42,616 nt of DNA from NCBI GenBank assembly GCA_020344555.1, contig CP070827.1:3159828-3202443 (forward strand), read 5' to 3'. Every line of letters begins with the position of its first letter. The stretch's first letter is position 1. This stretch comes from Phycisphaerales bacterium (GTDB lineage: Bacteria; Planctomycetota; Phycisphaerae; UBA1845). A model generated the notes under the pieces. That model had not been told where the DNA came from. It worked only from the letters and a program-made list of their open reading frames with translations, and searched no databases. Shown here piece by piece: positions 36,418 through 42,616 of the stretch. The position numbers and the translations under genes were made by a program.

Positions 36418-36576
36418 AATTAACTGGGATTCTAAGGAGGTGAGAGAGGCTCCCACTGGACGACTGAGTCGGACGGCCGACCTCAGCCCTCTCTACGTGC
36501 GCTGCGTCCGGTCGGTGACCACACGTGGGGGCCAGCACTTACCTGATGGACGAGACTGCCACTGGAGGATATAGAG

Positions 36577-37407
36577 GTGCGACTTTCCACTTGGACGACA
36601 CGCATGGCCTTGGCCATCCTGGCCAGTCTAGCTGGGGCGCTCGGCGAAACGTCGGCGCTTGCACAACCTATCCTGTATGCTTCGGACAGCCTCACGGGTT
36701 CGCTTTATACTCTTGACACGGCGAATGCATCCGCCACGCTCGTGGGCCCTTTCGTTGTCACCCAGATTATGGCTGGGCTGGGGTACGACGCCCAGCGAGA
36801 CATTCTCTTCGGTACGTCAACCGAGACAAACGACCTCTACTCCATCAATCGCTCAACAGGGTTAGCGACGTGGATAGGAGATCTTGAGGTCGAACTCATG
36901 CACGCCTTGGAATATGACGTTGCATCCGACACGTTGTTCGGTGCCTTCGGAACGTCAGCAGGCGACGGACTCTACAACATCGACACTTCCACAGGAGCGG
37001 CCACGCTGATCGGCCACATAGGCTTCTTTCACTCAGACCACGCGAATACGGTGCACGGGCTTGCTGCTCATCCTGACACGGGCGTGTTGTACGGCGCCGT
37101 TAGCGGGCCGGCGCTCGATTGGGGTGCCCTAATCGAGATCAACAAGACCACGGGCCAGGGGAGCTTGATCGGCGAGTTTACACAACACATCGGGGGCCTG
37201 GCTTTTCATCCCGAGACCAACGTCCTGTTTGCCATGGACAATTTGGCGGATGAGTTGTACACGATCGACATTACTACCGCCCAGACCACGCTTATCGGCC
37301 CTACCGGATTGGGGAAAGCTCCTGGGCTGGCGTTCACGCCCGAACCCACCAGCCTCTCGCTCCTTGCTCTCGGCGGTCTGCTTGCCATCTGCCGACGACG
37401 CCGGTAG
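36577..37407 (+). CDS. PEP-CTERM sorting-domain protein with repeated LYxxD beta-strand motifs
   Basis: GTG start with GGAGGA 7 nt upstream. Signal MALAILASLAGALGETSALA. Repeats include LYTLD, LYSIN, LYNID and LYTID. The C-terminus PEPTSLSLLALGGLLAICRRRR is the canonical PEP-CTERM layout: PEP, a hydrophobic helix, then an Arg cluster. Confidence 0.88.
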   Translation: MRLSTWTTRMALAILASLAGALGETSALAQPILYASDSLTGSLYTLDTANASATLVGPFVVTQIMAGLGYDAQRDILFGTSTETNDLYSINRSTGLATWIGDLEVELMHALEYDVASDTLFGAFGTSAGDGLYNIDTSTGAATLIGHIGFFHSDHANTVHGLAAHPDTGVLYGAVSGPALDWGALIEINKTTGQGSLIGEFTQHIGGLAFHPETNVLFAMDNLADELYTIDITTAQTTLIGPTGLGKAPGLAFTPEPTSLSLLALGGLLAICRRRR

Positions 37408-37561
37408 CCGGCGTGTCTGTACACATCCGCTCCGTCGGGCTGCTCCAGCCCGTTGCAATGACCCTCGGCCCTGCGGAAAACCTTCAAGTTGTTGAGAACT
37501 AAGAACGCCCAAAAGGACTCATGTTTGAGTCGTGGCCAACAAAACATGTTGCAGCCCAACA

Positions 37562-37656
37562 AGAGGACGGGGTCGCTCCCTCACGGTCGCGGTTTGGATT
37601 TGCTATTCGCCATTCTGCATGCGTGGGCATGGGCCTGAGCGTATATCATCGTCTCC
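37562..37656 (+). repeat. dispersed ~97-bp repeat, copy B
   Basis: AGAGGACGGGGTCGCTCCCTCACGGTCGCGGTTTGGATTTGCTATTCGCCATTCTGCATGCGTGGGCATGGGCCTGAGCGTATATCATCGTCTCC. It is a direct repeat of copy A, starting 1487 bp downstream of it. Confidence 0.85.
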
Positions 37657-37688
37657 CCCATCAAGAAAGACCGGGTCCAGGGTAGTGT

Positions 37689-38726
37689 CTATTCGAACTC
37701 GGCTACGGCTTCTACCAGGGCTCGTGTGGTTGCCGGTTCGCCTTCGCTGTGGCCGGCCTCTTCTATGATGATCAGCTTGGACTTTGGCAGACGCTTATGT
37801 AGGCGGTAGGCCGTCACCGGAGGGCAGATCATGTCGTAACGCCCGTTGATGATCGTCACCGGGATGTCCCTCAGTTTGTGCGCATCGCGCAGAAGCTGGC
37901 CTTCCTCGAGGAAGCAGCCATTGGCCATGTAGTGGCAGTCGATCCGGCACGTCGGTATCGGGTCCCAATCACCGAATCCCTGTTCAACGCGCTCGTCGGG
38001 CGTGTGCAGGCGGCCAATCTTGATCCCGTAGCGAAACCACTCCTTGGCCACCTTCAGGCTCGCCGCGCGGTCGTCGGAATTGAAGATCTTCAGCAATCCC
38101 GCGTGGGAGAACCCGCTAAAGTTGGTTGGCAGAGCAGCCTCCAAGCGTGCCACGGCCTCCGGGAAGAACAGTCGCGGGCCGCAATCACTGAAGACGTGGC
38201 CAATCTCCGCCTTTGTCGCGGTAAGCACGCCTCTCAGAACCATGCCGGAAACCTTCTCAGGGTGGGTTTCAGCGTATGCCAGGCCCAGCGTGGACCCCCA
38301 CGAGCCACCAAACAGCATGATCTTGCCGTCGATGTTCAGATGTTTGCGGAGTCGTTCGATGTCCGCCACAAGATCCTGGATGGTGTTCTGGCGCAGCTCG
38401 CCGGGTGGCCGACTCCGCCCGGAACCGCGCTGATCGTGGAGCACGATGAGAAATGTCTGGGGGTTGAAGTACTGTACGAGCCGTGGGTAGCAGCCAAAGC
38501 CCGGACCGCCGTGCAAGACGAACACCGGTTTGCCTTTCGGGTTGCCGTAGAGCGCATATCCGATCGTATGCAGGTCGCTGACTTTCAAGTGACCGGCGTC
38601 GAACCACTCGATTTCGGGAAACAACTCACCCGGCTGGTGGGCGTCGTCTGCTGATACTGCTGACGCCGTCCACGCCGTTCCCACGACGAGAAGAACACAC
38701 AGTCCGAGTATACGGCTTCGACTCAT
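37689..38726 (-). CDS. pip: proline iminopeptidase (alpha/beta hydrolase)
   Basis: ORF 37689..38951. The ATG at 38726 gives the signal peptide MSRSRILGLCVLLVVGTAWTASAVSA. HGGPG, the nucleophile elbow GGSWGSTLGLAYA and the C-terminal EEAGHS are canonical prolyl aminopeptidase blocks. Confidence 0.85.
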   Translation of the reverse strand: MSRSRILGLCVLLVVGTAWTASAVSADDAHQPGELFPEIEWFDAGHLKVSDLHTIGYALYGNPKGKPVFVLHGGPGFGCYPRLVQYFNPQTFLIVLHDQRGSGRSRPPGELRQNTIQDLVADIERLRKHLNIDGKIMLFGGSWGSTLGLAYAETHPEKVSGMVLRGVLTATKAEIGHVFSDCGPRLFFPEAVARLEAALPTNFSGFSHAGLLKIFNSDDRAASLKVAKEWFRYGIKIGRLHTPDERVEQGFGDWDPIPTCRIDCHYMANGCFLEEGQLLRDAHKLRDIPVTIINGRYDMICPPVTAYRLHKRLPKSKLIIIEEAGHSEGEPATTRALVEAVAEFE

Positions 38727-38954
38727 CGTCACACCTCGTGCAAAGGAAGATTGAAAATCGCCATAGCTTGCTGGCTCCAAAGATACTGCCATCGATTCGC
38801 CTGACAAGAGGACCGCCAAGACCATTAATCGTCCTAACTTGTATCTTCCCGTAAGCAGGTCCTGTTCCTCGCGTTTCGGCCGTTGCAGCCAACGCGCCGT
38901 CAGGCAGGACGCGGTCGGGGCAAGAAGCCCCCACATCCTCGGGATCTTCATGTG

Positions 38955-40040
38955 TCAGGGCTGCGCCGCCATGGGCTTTGCATGCGTTACGGTAAACGGA
39001 CTGGAAAGTGGCGGCAGGCTGTGCTCGGCTCGCAACTGGTTTTGAGCGGGCAGCATGTCGACCAGCTTCAACGCCTGTGCCTGTATCACCTTACCGCTGA
39101 CAAGTCCGATCGGGATCACGTCCTGTGGCTGGAGCCGTGGGTTCTGACCCGGATCCGGTGACCAGATAACAAGCCACAGGTTCGGATCGGCGCCGGGAAG
39201 ATCAACGCCGTGGTGGGTGAACACGAAGTCGCCAAGGCGATGGGCAACGGTTCGGCGTGGGAGAGCTTCGGCGGCCATTCGGACGACCGTCTCCTTTCGC
39301 TCGACCGACAGCTCGTCGAACTGTGACAGACTGATGTCAGCTAGAGGCACGGACTCCGCGCTGGTCAAGGAATCGAACGAGACGAAGTCGGCGGAGACAA
39401 GGTGGCCATCGAGTGCCATCCCTATGGCGTGATCAAGGGGGAGGCCGCTATTGCCTTGGGAATATGCAACCAGGGCGTTCAGCAATTTTCTTGTTTCAGC
39501 GGCGTAGACCGGGCGCGCTTGCGCCATGTACAGGGTCAGCCCCACGCCCAGGACGGTGCCCAGGAACAGCAACGCGGCTATGATTACGACGAGCCGGGCA
39601 TGGCGGCCGCGTCGGGCAAGGCGCTCGGTGTCTTCATCGTGTTTCGCCCGTGCGACTCGGGCCGTATCGGCCGCGCTGAACTCCAGCCCGCATTCGGGGC
39701 AACGGGGATCAACCTGACCCTGCAGATCGTAACCACAGCGATGACATCGAAACCCTCGACGTTCGAGGACACGGGCGCGCTCGAAGAGAAGAAAATACGG
39801 GACCCATACCGCCAGGAATATCAACAGCACAATGGGGAGGTCCCAGCTCAGGGGGACCCTCACGATCGATGTCACTGACAATAAGATGATAATCAACACG
39901 GCGACGCCAAGGAGGCGCCGGCGCACGTTAACGCCCAAAAGCGAGCCGCAACCGTTGCATGTCCAGCTCCCCCACGCCGTGGTGAAGAACACGCGACTCC
40001 ACGGAATCGGTTCGCGGCAGTTGGGGCATTCAATCGGCAT
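38955..40040 (-). CDS. membrane protein with two zinc ribbons (CPNC...CNGC and CHRCGYDLQG-x5-CPECG) and a C-terminal extracytoplasmic domain
   Basis: ORF 38955..40205. The ATG at 40040 gives MPIECPNCREPIPW... It has two helices, a second ribbon, a third helix LVVIIAALLFLGTVLGVGLTLY, then ~200 aa of soluble domain. Confidence 0.65.
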   Translation of the reverse strand: MPIECPNCREPIPWSRVFFTTAWGSWTCNGCGSLLGVNVRRRLLGVAVLIIILLSVTSIVRVPLSWDLPIVLLIFLAVWVPYFLLFERARVLERRGFRCHRCGYDLQGQVDPRCPECGLEFSAADTARVARAKHDEDTERLARRGRHARLVVIIAALLFLGTVLGVGLTLYMAQARPVYAAETRKLLNALVAYSQGNSGLPLDHAIGMALDGHLVSADFVSFDSLTSAESVPLADISLSQFDELSVERKETVVRMAAEALPRRTVAHRLGDFVFTHHGVDLPGADPNLWLVIWSPDPGQNPRLQPQDVIPIGLVSGKVIQAQALKLVDMLPAQNQLRAEHSLPPLSSPFTVTHAKPMAAQP

Positions 40041-40248
40041 TACTGAGTCTCCGGTGCTTCTTTGGCATTGCTCATTCTTCTCATAGGATACCTCACGCAA
40101 GTCAATCAGCCACAATGAAGACATGTTCTTACGCTGGAAGCCGCAGGTCCAAAACCGGTCAGCCATCCTCTCTTGACGCAACGACTTGACGTCGCTGCCG
40201 AACACGTGATGTGTGGTCCAGTGTCTCTAATGGAACCGCCCGAGGACG

Positions 40249-40563
40249 TCATCCAAGTAATTCGGCCCGGCTCAGTGGTGGCATGGGCGCAGTCGAGAGC
40301 AATGCCCGCCACGCCTGTTCAACTCGCTCCCGTGGTTGGCGCATCCTCCAGAATGACAATACGTCCGTGTTCTCATCACGAGCCAGCGCGAGTGTCAGGC
40401 GTTTGCGGATGCGCGTAAACACCGCCAAGGTGCCGGGCTCCATTGGATAACTGCGGATGCTCGGCTTGTCGGTCAAGAGGCGGTAGACGAGCACCTGAAT
40501 AATCCCCGGTGCCGTCCGGAGATACGTCGGTCGGATCATCCCCCTCCAGATCCACACGGCCAA
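40249..40563 (-). CDS. hypothetical protein (start uncertain; may begin inside an upstream hydrophobic helix)
   Basis: ORF from a TTG. The same frame upstream of the listed start reads SWAALGILVAGAIALAVWIW but has no ATG, GTG or TTG codon. No family was recognised. Confidence 0.3.
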   Translation of the reverse strand: MAVWIWRGMIRPTYLRTAPGIIQVLVYRLLTDKPSIRSYPMEPGTLAVFTRIRKRLTLALARDENTDVLSFWRMRQPRERVEQAWRALLSTAPMPPLSRAELLG

Positions 40564-40704
40564 TGCGATGGCCCCGGCGACCAGAATACCTAAAGCCGCC
40601 CATGAGTGCCCGGGCGTTGGGGACCCACTTCACACTAAGCCTACCGGTACCCCCTTCATCTTCCACACGTTCCGCTCCGCCTCCGGGGGGCACGTGCGAA
40701 TCTG

Positions 40705-40947
40705 TCATTCGGCCGGATACACCGGCGAAATCGTGGGCGTAGCCCTCCGAGTCTGTGCGGCATGCACCATAGTCAACAGCGTGAGCCGCAAGTAGTCGCA
40801 TATTCGCTCCGCGTCCGGGGGCGTCACCAGGCTGAGCCACGTCCGCAGGGCGGATTCCAGCGCCCATTTCGCTGTGGCCGCGCGTTCGCACGTGCCCTCG
40901 TCCGCGACAACGAGTACCCATTGACGGCGGAATGGCTCACTGCTCAA
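40705..40947 (-). CDS. hypothetical protein (TTG start; frame open upstream to about 41037)
   Basis: 80-aa ORF. The frame stays open upstream (IQILEAVARKRTRPEHGRHIHLPGSQNPVL...) without a canonical start. It is in the same frame as 40249..40563 but separated from it by two stops. Confidence 0.25.
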   Translation of the reverse strand: MSSEPFRRQWVLVVADEGTCERAATAKWALESALRTWLSLVTPPDAERICDYLRLTLLTMVHAAQTRRATPTISPVYPAE

Positions 40948-41227
40948 CAGGACCGGATTCTGTGAGCCGGGCAGATGAATGTGCCGGCCGTGCTCCGGGC
41001 GTGTCCTTTTCCGCGCGACGGCCTCGAGAATCTGAATTCATCGTTCACTCTCACTTGAGTCCGTATCTCCTCCCCCTTACGGCCCAGAAAGACGTGCCTT
41101 ACTCGGGCGCCCCCGTGGCGGGCAAGCATCACCTGAACGCAGCCGGATACCGATGATGAACGTGGCAGGCCATCAGCTTCACGGACACTCGTCCTACGTT
41201 GGGGCGCCATGCCGAGTCTTTTTTTAC

Positions 41228-41257
41228 TTGACAGCAGCCGGAGACTTCGTGTACAGT
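41228..41257 (+). promoter_or_regulatory. candidate sigma70-type promoter (TTGACA-18-TACAGT)
   Basis: Hexamers read directly and preceded by a T-run. It lies about 225 nt upstream of the ATG at 41484. Confidence 0.5.
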
Positions 41258-41483
41258 AACGCTGTTATCGGATCGGACTTGGAGGTGGTGAAGAGAAGTG
41301 CTGCGCGCTTTCTTCACAAGAAGTAGCGGAGGAAACCGAAGCAGCCTGTCTGCGCCTGTCGCGTTTTACGCCATCTTCGCGACAATGTTAGCTTGCATGC
41401 ACTAAGCGGTGACAGACTGCCGGCACGCCGGTGCGTGGCTGCCTGGGAGCGACGCCGGCTAACGCAAAGGGGAGGATAATCCA

Positions 41484-42616
41484 ATGGTAGGCACATCTAC
41501 CGAGAGAGGCGGTCCAACGCCGCAATCGATGAGATGGATGACCGCGAACACGTCCGGCCGTAACGTTCCGGTCGTAGCTGTGGGGACGTTGTCTCGTGTC
41601 CTCGCCGCGCTTGGCGGGGCTGTCATCCTGCTATCAGGAGCAACGCCTCTGCACGCGCAGATCCAAGCGTGCTGCGACCTGACCAGCGTCGACCGAACTT
41701 GCTTCAATGATGAGATCGGCGTGGGTATGGTGTGTGAAGCGCCGCGTACCGGTCTGGGCAAAGGTACAACCTGCACCGGCACCGATACGTGCGTGTGTGA
41801 CGCCGAGTGCAACGCTTGCGCAGGCAAGGAGTCCGGGAACCTGGCCTCTTTCGAGTTCAAGCTCCTGGATCCGGTCTATGACGGCAGCAGTACGACGTTC
41901 ACCTACCAGGTGTGTCAGCCGTCCGGCTCTGCACATGCGCTGAGCCACTTTGTGCTCGGCCTGTCGGAACTGTGCTGCGGCTTGATTGAGGGCACCAGCG
42001 GTGGTAGCTCAACGGGTGCATGCCAAGCCGACCCGACGAGTGGTCTGTACGGGCTCAAGTTCGAACTGCCCAGCTCGCCCCCAACATGTGACGGTACGTG
42101 TGGAACCACAGGGGATCTGTTCAGCGTGGTTCTCACGGGCAACATAGCCACCGGTTGCGTCAAGGTTGCCAACAAGGCGGACGCTTTGGAAGACATCTCC
42201 ACCGCTTGCATCAAGGGACCGGATTGCCGGCAGAGAGGCGCCTGCTGTCACGGGACTACCGGCATCTGCGATGACGGCCTGCTGGAGGATGATTGCGTCG
42301 GCGACCAGGACACGTGGTACAAGGAGACGCCGTGCAGCGCGATTACGTGCGAGGAGCACACCGGTGCCTGCTGCGACTATGACACGGGGAGCTGCACGTC
42401 GAATCTGACCGACGGACAGTGCGCCGCCCTGCAACCCGACCCGCTCCAGCGGGACTGGTTCAAGCAGGAGCTTTGCGTCGCAGACGGCGGAACCATCACC
42501 TGCCCCGAGCACACCGGGGCCTGCTGCGACTATGACACGGGGAGCTGCACGTCCCATCTGACCGAGGCACAGTGCGCCGCCTTGCAGCCCGACCCGCTTC
42601 AGCGGGATTGGTTCAA
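41484..42616 (+). CDS. secreted Cys-rich repeat protein, partial (runs off the window)
   Basis: This ORF is not in the supplied track because it has no stop in the window. My translation: MVGTSTERGGPTPQSMRWMTANTSGRNVPVVAVGTLSRVLAALGGAVILLSGATPLHAQIQACCDL...CRQRGACCHGTTGICDD...EHTGACCDYDTGSCTSNLTDGQCAALQPDPLQRDWFKQELCVADGGTITCPEHTGACCDYDTGSC... The RBS AAGGGGAGGA is at 41467-41476. Confidence 0.8.
   Translation, partial: MVGTSTERGGPTPQSMRWMTANTSGRNVPVVAVGTLSRVLAALGGAVILLSGATPLHAQIQACCDLTSVDRTCFNDEIGVGMVCEAPRTGLGKGTTCTGTDTCVCDAECNACAGKESGNLASFEFKLLDPVYDGSSTTFTYQVCQPSGSAHALSHFVLGLSELCCGLIEGTSGGSSTGACQADPTSGLYGLKFELPSSPPTCDGTCGTTGDLFSVVLTGNIATGCVKVANKADALEDISTACIKGPDCRQRGACCHGTTGICDDGLLEDDCVGDQDTWYKETPCSAITCEEHTGACCDYDTGSCTSNLTDGQCAALQPDPLQRDWFKQELCVADGGTITCPEHTGACCDYDTGSCTSHLTEAQCAALQPDPLQRDWF
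42354..42616 (+). repeat. in-frame tandem repeat, 153-bp (51-aa) unit, at least 1.7 copies before the window ends
   Basis: Copy 1 starts at 42354 and copy 2 at 42507 (GAGCACACCGG...). About 10 differences occur over the 110 nt that can be compared. A more diverged unit precedes them at about 42232. Confidence 0.9.

Noticed and set aside
36075-37656. The 97-bp repeats as integron attC sites or a CRISPR-like array
   Set aside because: There are no RYYYAAC/GTTRRRY core sites and no integrase nearby. The enclosed gene has its own promoter. There are only two full copies, 1.5 kb apart, with no regular short spacers.
37878-38654. A 258-aa plus-strand ORF
   Set aside because: It is antisense to the proline iminopeptidase gene, which has the GGSWGS and HGGPG motifs.
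42009-42557. A 182-aa minus-strand ORF with internally repeated sequence
   Set aside because: It is a shadow of the plus-strand tandem repeat. The plus frame is open from an RBS-preceded ATG at 41484 to the window end and encodes a signal peptide and Cys modules.
1-42616. A search for tRNA, rRNA, tmRNA, reverse transcriptase/DGR and classic defence genes (restriction, Cas, abortive infection)
   Set aside because: I recognised nothing resembling these. The only methyltransferase (20135..20989) has small-molecule/class I features and no adjacent nuclease, so I did not call a restriction-modification system.

Overview
This is a high-G+C bacterial chromosomal segment. I infer Planctomycetota, possibly Phycisphaerae-like, from the gene content: prepilin-type DUF1559-like N-termini, many dockerin/EF-hand-like Asp loops, a PEP-CTERM protein and giant Cys-rich secreted proteins. 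About 5.9-15.6 kb is housekeeping: a BamB-like propeller, purH, a PduO-type adenosyltransferase, an O-antigen-ligase-like protein and an M16 peptidase pair. The rest is accessory or cell-surface content. It includes a ~14-blade tandem-repeat propeller protein and a lower-G+C islet at 17.4-20.1 kb. The islet holds an IS110 transposase remnant, an N-terminally truncated and frameshifted Rhs fragment that keeps the Rhs core end plus an unassignable Cys-rich C-terminal tip, and a small membrane zinc-ribbon protein in the immunity position. Further along are a BlaI/BlaR1-like pair whose sensor domain is replaced by EF-hand-like loops and a coiled coil, and two divergent, mirror-image operons (24.8-35.6 kb) that each start with a pseudopilin-like gene followed by a modular Cys-rich dockerin-bearing secreted protein. 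A PEP-CTERM gene is bracketed by two ~97-bp direct repeats. A zinc-ribbon motif (CxxCGYDLxG...CxECG) recurs in three membrane proteins. The window ends in a partial Cys-rich protein with near-identical 153-bp tandem repeats. I recognised no rRNA, tRNA or CRISPR array. All product calls come from motifs read by eye and nothing was searched against a database. The best candidates for something undescribed are the mirrored pseudopilin/Cys-rich operons and the Rhs-tip plus zinc-ribbon membrane protein pair.
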